A stretch of DNA of 64,000 bases from Azolla caroliniana (Eukaryota; Plantae; Polypodiophyta), in assembly GCA_043228905.1 (NCBI GenBank), contig JBHGNT010000008.1, forward strand, positions 19,840,001 to 19,904,000. The letters are read 5' to 3'. Positions 12,557-24,931 of this stretch are shown in pieces. Made by a program: the position numbers and the translations under genes. Position 1 is the first letter of the stretch, and each line of letters opens with the position of its first letter. The notes below the pieces were generated by a model. The model was not told the origin of the DNA, ran no database searches, and saw only the letters and a list, made by a program, of their open reading frames with translations.

Positions 12557-13341
12557 GTGGACGGCCCTACTTGTATCATAGTGTAAAAATAGGCTTGTAT
12601 GTAACCGTTACAAAAAAAAGAAAAAAGAAGAAGAAGATAGCAATGCTATTAAAAAAGGATTAAATGCATGCACAGACTTCTAGACCAAGAACACGCGGCA
12701 CCACGATGACTCACTGCCCAATGAACCCTAGGTCACAAAAAGAAGGAAATAGAAGGTCTTCTGCACAAAACAAGAATTCACCTCCTAACTCTCAATGCTC
12801 TCATCGCTCCCCTCCCTCACCTTCTCCTCCATCCTATCACAGACCTCAAGCCCACCGCAACCACCAATCTTTCCTCCATGAGCCTACTCTGACTATGCCG
12901 ATATTTATCTCTACTGCCTTACGTCGATGGCTCGTGGAGAAACGCATGGATGGGTACATTAGGGTCGTAGAGGCGCCTCCACACCCGGATGCATTGGACA
13001 TAGCTAGAAAGCTCAATACCGACACGATCACTAACTCTTCCATCCTGAAAAAGTTGAACCTATCATCCCTCGGTGAAAGGCATTTCGAAATCCCGCCTGC
13101 GGAGTCGTTGTAGACATATTTCGGCCTGTATCGTCCTCCACCAAGGCATATAGAACGAAGGAGATCCCGGATCCCTTTTTGCGCGAAGTCGCCAAGTTCT
13201 TATTAGAAGTCAGATGAGTACACGTAAACGCATATGGGATGCCCAAGCAGAAGGCATGTATCATTATTGATACCTTCGAAGGGTGTACAGTTGATTGGGG
13301 GGTCATCACGGGGTCGGCGTTAAGGGAAAGCCTGCACACGT

Positions 13342-14918
13342 TGTCGAGAAGAAAACCGGCCAGAAGCGGAATCGGTGAAGTAGGGCGCATGAACCGGCCC
13401 TACACTTTTCCACACCAATTAATATCTTGTACATAACTAGGAGTAGGACGATGGGTGTAAATAGACTAGATGTGATGCATTGAATGTCTAGGAAATCAAA
13501 GAGTATCTCTGTCTGAAAGGACAAAGAATAAATTGATGAAAACGAGGGTGCAACGGCCTGCCTCGATGGCCTATAAAAGCGAAGGAAGAAGGTGGATGAA
13601 GGGATTGCGTTTTAGGAGCGAGGAGGAAGTGATGTCGGACTAGGACCGAGCTCTCTCCTCCATTGTTTGTCATTCTCTGTAGGATTTCGGACTGAGTTTC
13701 CTTTGCTTCGTGGACAACCTGTGTGCTTCCGGGGGCCTTGAACCAAGGAGCGTGAGAAAGAAGAGAGAGAGAGAGCAGCTTGCAGAAACACAGAGGGAGA
13801 AAGAGAGAGAGAACAAAGTCTTAATTACAAAATCAATAACGATTACATCCGGCAAGCTGGCAACGGACCCAACTCAGGCAAACACACACACACAGACACG
13901 ATGCTCACACACGCACACAGCCCCAACTGCACTGTGGAGCCTATACATCTCGAGGACCCGCAACTCGAACTCCTCCCAAGTCTGGCATCCGGCCAGCACC
14001 TCGAGCACCTCTACGTGGATGCTCGACGTCACCACCCGAGGCAATCCGGACAACCGCCTATCCACCGAGATATCCTTCATGATCATTTCGGCCCGGTAGG
14101 CCTCCAAGTAGCTCGAGGCATTCTTCCCACCGAATCGACCTATGGTGCCGACGATTGACTCAATGGCCCTGTTGAGGGCACCCGTTCCCTCGTGAGCGCT
14201 CACTAGCTGGTCAACGGCTACGGCCATAGCTTCCGCAAGCTCGGATCCCCTCATCCTTCATTCCTTTGCCACATGTTTCACGTCGGGTTCACCAAATATG
14301 TCGAGTTGTTACGCTCTTCGCATGCGGAAAGAGGCGGGACCGCGGGGGCCTTGAACCAAGGAGCGTGAGAAAGAAGAGAGAGAGAGAGAGAAACTTGCAC
14401 AAACACAGAGGGAGAAAGAAAGACAGAACAAAGTCTTAATTACAAAATCAATAACGATTACATCCAGCAAGCCGGCAACGGACCCAACTCAGGCAAACAC
14501 ACACACACACGATGCTCACGCACGCACACAGCCCCGACAACACTGTGGAGCCTCTCCCGGACTGGGACCGAGCTCTCTCCTCCATCGTTCGTCATTCTCT
14601 GCAGGATTTTGGATTGAGTTGCCTCTGCTTCGTTGATAGCCTGTGTGCTTTCGGTAGAGGCTCCACAGTGTTGTCGGGGTTGTGTGCGTGCGTGAGCATC
14701 GTGTGTGTGTGTGTGTGTGTTCGCGTGAGTTGGGTCCGTTGCCGTCTTACCGGATGTAATCGTTATTGATTTTGTAATTAAGACTTTGTTCTCTCTCTCT
14801 TCCTCTCTCTGTGTTTCTACAAGCTGCTCTCTCTCTGTCTCTTCTTTCTCACGTTCCTTGGTTCAAGGCCCTCGTGGTCCCGCCTCTTTCCGCACGCGAA
14901 GAGCGTAACAACTCGACA
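13342..14918. mobile_element. Rearranged LTR insertion of a second gypsy family (forward LTR with inverted LTR, gag and PBS inside)
   Basis: TGTCGAG..CTCGACA termini; 4-bp TSD ACGT (13338-41, 14919-22); host ORF2 rejoins as LHT-YQG; inverted gag (GRFGGKNASSYLEAYRAEM) at ~13945-14254. Confidence 0.85.
14277..14294 (-). other. Primer-binding site, tRNA-Trp-type
   Basis: Minus strand tggtgaacccgacgtgaa, 4 nt after the LTR end at 14299; matches the plant cytosolic tRNA-Trp 3' end as I recall it (..TTCACGTCGGGTTCACCA). Confidence 0.75.
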
Positions 14919-17202
14919 ACGTATCAAGGTGGCAAGAAGCTCAGGCATATCATACAACAGTACCTGACGGTACTATTCCCACCCCGAGGCCTACCAGCAC
15001 CGCAACCCAGCAGGCCCATGCCGCCGCCTCGATCTGCGAAGCGTAGGTTAGCAGAGTTAGCCACCACAGAGTGGGAGGATGAACCCCAACCCGTCCAGTC
15101 GGACACACAAACAACGTCGGAAGAGTAGGCAGCGCGCTTCGAGGAAGCGGCACCAGAGCCAGATGTCGAACCACGGGAGGAAAGCCCTAGGCCGAAACGG
15201 CGGAGGCTGGACAGGAAAGATGGGCACGGATTAGTTAAAGACGTACTCGCGGCGGCGGAGACTACGACCGTAGGTGACGGCTCCGCAGCTACGGAGCCCA
15301 ACACCACTTTCGAAATAATCCGGGAGCCACGACCGATCAATACGGCCCAGTCAGAACAAGGGAAAGTCATTTTGACGGTGGAAAGTGAGGTTTTGGCATA
15401 TCTGGATATCCAGGACAAGACCCATGAGTTCAACGCACTCTTGCAGTTCGGAACCTCTTTTGAGCTCATGGAATTCTTGGCAACGCAACAAATAAAGGTA
15501 TCAAACGAATGGCTGAGGAGCACGCGGAGCGCCAAATGATCGAGCGCGCCTTAGCACAAATGGCGGAGAGCGACAATGAAGACCAGTTAGCCAGAGTCGG
15601 CAGACGGAGGAACGCCAGTATACGCCGAATGGGGATGGAACTACCCCCATTAAACGCGGCCCTAGTCGAAGTTCATAGGGAACTAGCAAAGGTCAGCACG
15701 GGCGCCAAGGAGATGGCCATTAAAAATAAGAATGTCTGGAAGAAGGTTAAGCTGACCCAACCCGAGCTGCAAGAAGCCAACGAACGCATCACAGAGTTGG
15801 AAAATAACGCGACTACGGCGCAATAGGCAACTCCACCACCAAACCATGCCATCGAAGCCTTGAAGGAAGAGATTGAGGCTCAGACCGCCATTACCTCAAA
15901 AGCGAAAAGGGCCGTACAACTAGTGGAATCAGAAATTGACCGCTTCCGTGCTGAACTTTGCCAGTCCTCAAACATCCGGGCCAACGGCCGAAAGGCAGTA
16001 AAAACCCTTAAAGAGAAACTCGCGGCAGAGACAGCATGGCACACCCAGACAAAAGAAGAAAACGCCCAATTACGGGAGGAAGCGAAAAAATCGGAGGCGG
16101 CAATCGCGGGACTCCGAGCCTTATTGGAGAAAAAGAAAGCATGGTTTGATGAGCAGTTGGTGGGCAAACAGGAAAGAAGGCATCAGCTTGAAATACCGCC
16201 TAAACAGTGAAATGGTGAAATTAGAAGAACTACGTGCGAAGGAATCCCAACTGTGGGCGGGTATGAAGAGCACGTATGAAGAAGCGGCGATAGTTAGTCA
16301 GCAAGAAATTGCAAACCTCAAGAAGGCTATGGAAGAAGCACGCAACCGTTGCCAGGCCATCATAGACAACGTGCGTATCCTTCTACAAACAAATCGGGAG
16401 AGGTTTGCAGCACAATTGAAAATGACGCTAGACAAGGGATGGATGGCGTGGGTGGCCCAAGCAGCAAAATTGCACGTGTATCGAGCGGACTGGGAGAACC
16501 GGAGAAAAGACGACTGAGGCTTCTATAAACTCAATGAGGAAAGCATTGCGGTAGTATGTGAGGACCTAGCGCAGGACTACCGCGCGCTAGCGGACCAACA
16601 TTCCAAAGAACTCACGCAACTATTAGATGATTTTGGTGAAAGTCAGGAGGATCTGTTTCACCAGATCACACAAGCCGACAGCATGCGAACAAACAAGGAA
16701 TCCATCGCAACACCAATTCCGGATACTGCCGAAGAAGAGGAACCTCAGGCCAAGTCACCAGAAATTACAACTACGGTGAACAACGCGGAACGGTGAACGG
16801 AGTCCCCCATAATACCAGACAATGAAAACACTGCCCAAGAGGAACCCCATTTACTGGAGCATACGCTATCGGCCGACCACACGGAGAACGTTGTGGATCA
16901 AGAGGAACCGCAACCCCACTCCCCAGAACGTACAACGACGACCGACATCACTGAGGAAGTGACGGACGAAACGGAACCGCGACCGACCGCAAGCCCATCG
17001 ACGGTTGAACCCAACCCCCTAGCCCAAGAAGAGCCCATAGAACCCGGACCACCCACACAAGACGATCGCGACACCATGAGATGCCCTCCCGACCAAGTAG
17101 GGGAACCACACCACGATCCACCTACGGGCCCTACGCCGTCCCCGGACACGGACACCATAGCAGAGCCAAACATCAAGGCCATTCTGGAAGAAGATTAAAG
17201 GG

Positions 17203-17243
17203 ATGGGTCAGACGTGCCATGGCATTGTCCCATAGGCATGCCA
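17203..17243 (+). other. tRNA-Arg 3'-half-like module in place of PPT (copy 2)
   Basis: atgggtcaga-cgtgccatggcatt-gtcccataggcatgcca, then gg, then 3' LTR TGTTG. Confidence 0.7.
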
Positions 17244-18247
17244 GGTGTTGTCCGTCGGAATAGTAACCGACGGACAAGAGCGTAGGAATACGGAATAGTA
17301 TAATATTGTAATGCATGTAATGGTTCACGCAGGAAGCATGAACGGCTAAAAGACCTTGCGTATATAAAGGGCAGAAAACCTCTAATAGAGGTAGCGTGTA
17401 ATTTTGAATGTAAGAGGCGTATTGTAATAGAGTTCTATCTTCTCTGATATCTGTGTGTAGCTATGGCTAATCTATTATGTGTCTGTAACACCTAAGAGCG
17501 TAAGAGTAAGTAACGGTGTGTGCGCTAGCCCACTGTCAAAGGATCTCGGTTGTAGCCGTCTCCCTTATACGCTGTTAGGTTACGGGAAATATCCCACCAA
17601 GTATTACGCGTGCTCCGCTACCATTCGTTGTCACACAGTCACTTGGAAGTCTAGGTCGAAGGACTGACCGTAGACCGTGTTCCTAGTCAGTAACACACTT
17701 TTCGATCCGACAGAGTTAACTCCTTCTCCACTTTGGTCATTCTATTCTTAGTTTCCGTCACTGTGCATTCCAAGCATCATCTGCCATTGTTTGATCTGAC
17801 GGAGTTCAATCCTCCATTGCCATCATTCTACATTCAGTTGCCGCTACTATTCAGTCCTGATTGCTGCGAGATTTCGATTTAACAGAGTTCACTCATCCAT
17901 TGCCATGATTCTACACTCAGTTGCCGCTACTGTTCCGTCGTGTATTGCTGCCACTTTTCAATCCGAAGGAGTTCACTCCTTCTCCATTACTGCCATTCTA
18001 CTCTCAGTTGTCATCACTCCTCCATTGCTGCCATTCTACACTCAATTGCCACCACTATTTGGCCCTAGATTACCGACACTGTTCGATCTTGGATTTGAAT
18101 AACTATTTTGTCTATTGATTATCTTGTGTGTATTGTTGTGTATAATCTTGTGTATTGCGGAATATTTTTGTGTATTGTTGTTGCCCATAGCCATCTTTAA
18201 TACGTGTCTTTTTCTTAGGGAAATTAGGGTTTTAACCCATCAGCCAA

Positions 18248-21218
18248 ATGGAAGGGGAAGGAGGGTGTTTAGAATTACCCCTCAATGATCATCAGGATAG
18301 GGATGATGCTATCAGGACACAACAAGCGATATGAAAGTATTGGGCAGAAAAAAAAAGAAAACATTGTCAATTGTCGAAGGATACATAAGCCACACTCACT
18401 AAAGGTAAAGATAGTATTGGTTGCGATATAGGTCTAAATATCACTGAGAATGGAAGTAATGAGACTACTATCATAGAGAGAAAGGTTGTAGACTATTTCA
18501 ATTTTCAAACCAAGCACATCAACAATGAAGACAAGAAGGTAGTACTTTATGGAAGATTAAATGATCCATCAATAAAGGAGTTAGTTAATTGTGATGGTCT
18601 TAATGCAAATATAACATCTGTACTAGTAAATAATCTTCGTAATAGTTTCGTATCCATGAGCAGGTCAGAAGATGATCTTATCTTAAAAAGTTCTAGTCTA
18701 ATGATGTTACTTAATACTGATGTTGACGATATTAACATCAGTGTACTATCTATCTAACGTAATTGGTGTTAGTAGAAAAAGTATGTACAATACATTGAAT
18801 CGGATAGTTTCCTCGAGTGAAGGAACTAGTCTGCTAAAGCTAACAACAAGATGTAAGCCAATGAAACCCATAACATTAGAAATCAAGGATATAATCACAA
18901 TATATTGGACTAATGAGAGTACGGTTTAACCCAATAAGAACGATTTATATAGGAAACGTGTTGGAAGGAGTCAATACGAGGAGAATCCCATTCATCTTCT
19001 TGATGTACCTCAGGTATTTACATTTATCTCAACATTTGTTTTGACTTTTGAGCTTAGTTAGTTCACTTATTAGCTACCTCTGAATATGACCATACACGAA
19101 TAGTTAATTAGCTACCATTCATAGCTATTTAGCTACCACAATAGCTATGTAGCTGCCTATAACAATAGCTAATTAGTTGCTTATGACTATATCTAATTAG
19201 CTACCGGAATTGCTAATCCCCTACTAGAATAGCTATTGTACTAAACTATGGTAATAGCTAATTAGATACTGTACTAAACTATGGTAGTAACTAATTAGCT
19301 ACCATTTAGCTAATTAGCTACTGCATTAAACTATGGTAGTAGCAAATTACCTACCACTTAGCTAATTACCTACTCAGCTAAAGTATGGTAGTAGCTAATT
19401 AGCTACCACTTAGCTAATTAACTACTGTACTAAACTATGGTAGTAGCTAAATAGCTACCAGTTAGCTAATTAGCGACTCAGCTACTCTATGGTACTAGCT
19501 AATTAGCCACTATAACTAAAGTATGGTAGTAGCTAATTAGCTAACACTTAACTAATTAGCTACTATACTAAACTATTGTAGTAGCTAATTAGCTACTCAA
19601 CTAAAGTATGGTAGTAGCTAATTATCTACCACTTAGCTAATTAGCTACTCAGCTAAAGTATGGTAGTAGCTAATTAGCTACTGTACTTAAGTTTGGTAGT
19701 AGCTAATTAGCGACTCAGCTAAAGTATGGTACTACCTAATTATCTACTCTACCTAAAGTATGGTTGTAGCTAATTAGCTACTACCATAGTTTAATACACT
19801 CACTATTTAGCTAAATGGTAGCTAATTAGCTACTACCATAGTTTAGTACAATAGTTTAGTACTAAACTATGGTAGTAGCTATTGTACTAAACTATGGTAG
19901 TAGGTATTGTACTAAACTATGCTAATTAGCTATTGTACTAAACTATGGTAGTAGCTAATTAGCTACCATTTAGCTAATTAGCGATTGTATTAAACTATGG
20001 TAGTAGCTAATTAGCTAACACTTAGATAATTAACTACTCAGCTAAAGTATTGTAGTAGCTAATTAGCTACCAGTTAGCTAATTAGCTATTGTACTAAATT
20101 ATGGTAGTAGCTAATTAGCTACTAAGCTAAAGTATAGTAGTAGCTAATTAGTTACATGGTAGCTAATTAGCTATTGTACTAAACTATAGTAGTAGCTAAT
20201 TAGCTACCACTTAGCTAATTAGCTACTGTACTAAACTATGGTAGTAGCTAACTAGCTACGATTCAACTAATTAGGTATTGTATTAAACTATGGTAGTAAC
20301 TAATTAGCTACCATTTAGCTAATTAGCTATTGTATTAAACTATGGTAGTAGCTAATTAGCTACCACTTAGCTAATTAGCTACTCAACTAAAGTATGATGG
20401 TAGCTAATTAGGTACCACTTAGCTAATTAGCTACTATACTAAACTATGGTAGTAGCTAATTAGCGACTCAGCTAATTTTTAAGAGCTAATATGTCAACGA
20501 GTGCAACTGGTGTTTATTCCTCATAGGTCCGAGATATCAAACGTGAATTTTGGGAAGTGAAGATAGATGAAGTAAATAGGGAGAAGACATGGGAGTGCCA
20601 AGGAATTCCCGAATTGCGATCTCTCCATGTTGTTCGCGGTTATTGTAGGTTGGATGGTCATTGTATTGCGGTTAGAGAATTAACTTGTTTTTGCTTCCAT
20701 TGTGTGCAGGGAAATTGGAGGTATTGATCAAACAAAGCATATATTCATAATTGGGAGTATCATACATTGAACGATAAGGAAGCAGTTGATGGAGAAACAG
20801 AAAAGAATGCCGACGTCACATATCAAGGACGTCGAAATACTTTGAGTGATGTCTTAAATGTTGGGGATAATTTCGCTATAAATGCAGAAGAAGGCAATGC
20901 AAAGGGTGTTGATTTCTATATATTGAAGTGCATGGTTAGTAAACACTGTGCAACGCAGAATATATTAGATGCTTGGGGAAATGTTGTATCTACCGGGACA
21001 TTCTACATCGAAGGTATTTTTTATGCAGGACAAGATTGTTACGATTATGTGTATAGGCTATTAGAAGACAAACCAGTGGCGTACATGTACTCTCATTTGG
21101 TCAGGTGCATCAATGTCCCAATGTCCCTATGTCGCAATACAATAGCTACTCAGGTTTATACACAGTTAGTGCTAATGTGTATGAATGTATTTACAACAGT
21201 ATGCCATGGAATTTGTAG
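18248..21218 (+). pseudogene. Sola2-like transposase derivative (copy 2): N-terminal exon (to 19013) plus C-terminal exon (from 20527), catalytic core absent
   Basis: The second exon VRDIKREFWEV..RELTCFCFHC..GDNFAI..DFYILKC..DAWGN..YRLLEDKP aligns with 43330-44023. Phase-0 CAG|GT and TAG|GTC flank a satellite-filled intron. Confidence 0.6.
19070..20476. repeat. Palindromic minisatellite array (core GTAGCTAATTAGCTAC; ~33/52-bp units)
   Basis: Dozens of tagctaattagcta cores linked by tactaaactatggtag, cactt or tcagctaaagtatggtag; a short inverted block at ~19770-19855. Confidence 0.95.
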
Positions 21219-21551
21219 CTACCAGTAGCAATTACCAGTTTTCTTGTAAAACAAACAAAGCACATGTATTGCAAATAAACAGTTTAATGGACCTGTTTGG
21301 GAGTGTTTTTTTTTATATACAGTCTACTTTTTGTGCTTCATTCTCAATAAAATCGTCTGTCTTTTTTATTTACAGTCTTCTTTCTGATATACAGTTTAAT
21401 AATATCGTTTAGGGTTCTTCTTTTTGAGATACAGATTTGCTCAAGAAAAAGCACTATCATGAAATCAACAATCCTGAAAATACTCTTAAAATTACAAAGT
21501 AGATAAGTTACTCAAAACAAGCAATTTAATTCTTCATTGATTAATCTGTCA

Positions 21552-24500
21552 TCAAATTACATATTTAAACGTCCCATTGCCAATGTCTTCAAATCGCCTA
21601 TAAACAACTAAGATCTTGTTGGCCAGTGGAACTTCTCTACATATATGATCTGCATACCGAGCTCGATATGGAGTCCACAACCATCTAGCTAGTTGGCAGC
21701 TCAATGTTTTCACCAAGTAGTGTTCAGGCATTTCATTGGGTAGAATGAGACAACATCTGCGAATGTTGAAGTAATGCCGGAAATGTTTTGTATCCAGAAT
21801 CAACGTATTGTCGGCATTATAATCTAGCCAAGTGGCCCAAAAATCAGAAAGTCTTTTGAATCTTGCAACATCCTTCTGCTCACAATTCTCTCGTGTCCAT
21901 TGACCCTTGAAATGTTGTCGCCACTTCGGGAAGAATCTTTCTACACACTTCCGCACATCTATACGTAGTTTTTCACTCCAAATAAACAAATCAAAGTATT
22001 GCACAACCCACTCTAGAAATTGATTTGCATCCCTTCTTGGTGTCATATATCACACACTCATCAAGACTTTATCAAGCTCCAAGATCAAGGCTCTTCTGTC
22101 GACTTCTAATGGTTTAGGCTTCCATTCCTGTAACTGAGCCTCTGTTACACCAATTACTGGTAGCACATAATCAATTTCAATCAACTCAGGTTCTGTCGGC
22201 ACAATTGGTGTCCTTTTCCTCTTCAAACCCCCGGTCGACTATGTTGGGCCCGGCGTCACATTTTGGTGCTCTTGTGTTGTCGACTTAGTCATTGGTTCGA
22301 TGCATGTAGATACTGATCTGGTCGATATCAACCCACTAGTATCACATGTTGCATCTACCTACAAAATCAGATCATTTGTGCAACATGCTTGATCAACTTC
22401 CGTGACCAAATCATTTATGTCCGTTGCTACATCTACTTTCAAGATGTGGCCCTCTAAACACGCAGCAACATCAACAGTTTCCACACTGCCTTCGGCCTTA
22501 GGAGCAATAGATTCAAACCCTTTAGACTCTGCAACATCAGAAAACACCAATATATTCACACTCACAAAGTAACTAACAGTCTCACAAAACAACATAATGA
22601 ACATGAAATATTTTCCATCATAGAAACATGAAAATAATTATCTTGGAGAAACATCATAGAGTTCCATTACATAATGTGGATCAAGCAACAACCAATCTGA
22701 GGTTTTACTTATCCAAATAGATCATAGTAAAACTTCATAAAACCCTAGGAAAATTGCTAACAATCATATCCCACTAATAAGTATTTCGCTCCAATTCAAG
22801 AGCCCCTTCACCGAGTAACTAGTCTTGTCCCCGATCGTGGCCCCTTCTTCAGCCTTTTTCTAGCCGGTTGCCCATATAGCCTTACTTCTTTGACCCATTG
22901 CGCACGTGTGTCCTCCTCTGACAACCTTACCATCACCTCAACAGCAGCTTGCAGGTCAACCACGTCTTGCACTAGCTTTTCTAGTACAATGGGGTCTGTT
23001 TGGACATTATTAGTAGTTGGGCTTCATGAGATGCAATCAAGGTTTGGGGATTCGAAGAAATGTTGCATCAAGTGTTCAAAAACACTATTGTTGTGAACCT
23101 CAGATTTACATGTTGTTTCGAATATTTCATGGCTTTTCACATCATTGCCTAATTCATTACCATCTTCCAAAAGAATAGGGTGGAGCTGATCTAAAGGAGA
23201 TGTGATAGCAGGACTCTTATTTTTAGCCACGTTGGCAACTATCTCCTCATTAGTTGCAACGTCATCAGCACCAGACACCTCATGCGCCCTCCTTAATCCA
23301 CAAGATTCTACAACAACATGGTCACTAATTAGCTGCATCTTAGTTAACTAGCTATTCTTCAAGACTATGACAATAGCTAATTAGCTACCAGTTCGCTAAT
23401 TAGCTACTCAACTAAAGTAATATGGTACTAGCTAATTAGCCACTATAACTAAAGTATAGTAGTAGCTAATTAGCTACCACTTAGCTAATTAGCTACTCAA
23501 CTAAAGTAATATGATACTAGCTAATTAGCCACTATAACTAAAGTATGGTAGTAGCTAATTAGCTACCACTTAGCTAATTAGCTATTGTCCTAAACTATGG
23601 TAGTAGCTAATTAGCTACCACTTAGCTAATTAGCTATTGTACTAAACTATGGTAGTAGCTAATTTGCTAACTGGTAGCTAATTAGCTATTGTACTATACT
23701 ATGGTAGTAACTAATTATCTACCACTTAGCTAATTACCTATTGTACTAAACTATGGTAGTAGCTAATTTGCTAACTGGTAGCTAATTAGCTATTGTACTA
23801 TACTATGGTAGTAACTAATTATTTACCACTTAGCTAATTACCTATTGTACTAAACTATGGTAGTAGCTAATTAGCTACCATTTAGCTAATTAGCTACTGT
23901 ATTAAACTATGGTAGTAGCTAATTAGCTACCACTTAGCTAATTAGCTACTCAACTAACGTACAGTAGTAGCTAATTAGCTAGCTACTGTATTAAACTATG
24001 ATAGTAGCTAATTAGCTACTTAGCTAACGTATGGTAGTAGCTAATTAGCTACTATAGTAAACTATGGTAGTAGCTAATTAGCTACTATAGTAAACTATGG
24101 TAGTAGCTAATTAGCTATTGTACTAAACTATGGTAGTAGCTAATTAGCTTCCACTTAGCTAATTACCTAATCAGTTGAAGTATGTTAGTAGATTAGCTAC
24201 TATACTAAACTATGGTAGTAGCTAATTAGCTACCACTAAGGTAATTAGCCACTCAGCTAAAGTATGGTAGTAGCTAATTAGCTACCACATAGCTAATTAG
24301 ATATTGTACTAAACTATGGTAGTAGCTAATTGGCTACTGAGCTAAAGTATGGTAGTAGCTAATTAGTTACTCAACTAAATTGTGGTAGTAGATAATTAGC
24401 TATTGTATTCAACTATGGTAGTAGCTAAGTAGGTACCACTTAGTTACCTAGTTGCTCAACTAAACTATGGTAGTAGCTAATTAGCTACTATAGTAAATTA

Positions 24501-24931
24501 TGGTAGTAGCTAATTGGCTACCACTTAGCTAATTAACTACATGTTAGCTAATTAGCTACTACACTACAACCATAACAACTAAATAGTTTCCACACTTGAT
24601 ACGGCTTACCTAATTAGCAAAGATGGAACTAATTAGCTACATTATGGTCACAAGCAGCAATTTTACTTGTTAGTTTTCTCCACTCATCTGGGAGAGCTGT
24701 ACTACGATCCACCAATAAGAATGCAGCAATGTAACAGGCATATTGAAAACAAACGATATGGTATGTGTGTTGGCATGGTTGTAGATGAACCAACAGAGTA
24801 GCAGAATTTTCCTCTACACGTAATCCACAAGCGATGCAACGTGCTTGAATAGTCCATATATCAATTCCTTGTTCTCCTTTATTTGGTAAGGGAGCAAGAA
24901 TGTTCTGGTCCAATTCTTGTCTGCTCACCAT
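21552..24931 (-). pseudogene. Multi-exon pseudogene: RING-like finger plus C-terminal FCP1/NIF (HAD) phosphatase-like domain
   Basis: CIAC..PCQHTYHIVC at ~24750-24840. RRALILELDKVLMSV*YMTPRRDANQFLEWVVQYFDLFIWS..W..ENC..FKRLSDFW..YNADNTLILD at 22100-21780. Donor gtaagc at 24609; acceptors tgcag at 23333 and 22529. Confidence 0.55.
23324..24560. repeat. Second palindromic TAGCTAATTAGCTA minisatellite array
   Basis: Same units and same orientation as 19070-20476. Confidence 0.95.

Larger units (their letters stand above)
12895..17198 (+). pseudogene. Extra 3' ORF (ORF2) of gypsy element, interrupted by 13342-14918
   Basis: MPIFISTALRRWLVEKRMDGYIRVVEAPPH...VDWG..., coiled-coil middle, ends ILEED*; homologous to 50973-53876 and 59979-57295. 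Confidence 0.8.
10872..17695 (+). mobile_element. Non-autonomous non-chromovirus Ty3/gypsy element (gag fused to INT C-terminus, extra 3' ORF)
   Basis: LTRs 10872-11320 and 17246-17695 (TG..CA, roughly 30 differences in 450 nt); PBS tggcacgc at 11325; gag 11377-11870 joined to INT C-terminus 11880-12556; ORF2 12895-17198. Confidence 0.92.
10646..18085. repeat. Degenerate tandem repeat (cactcctccattgc.gccattctacactcagttgccgc..), split into 10646-10871 and 17696-18085 by the gypsy insertion
   Basis: The same unit is present on both flanks of 10872-17695 and rejoins as gctgcca-cttttcgatccgacagag. Confidence 0.75.

Noticed and set aside
19070-24560. CRISPR-like arrays (palindromic repeats with spacers)
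   Set aside because: The linkers are themselves repeated rather than unique, the context is eukaryotic and there are no cas genes.
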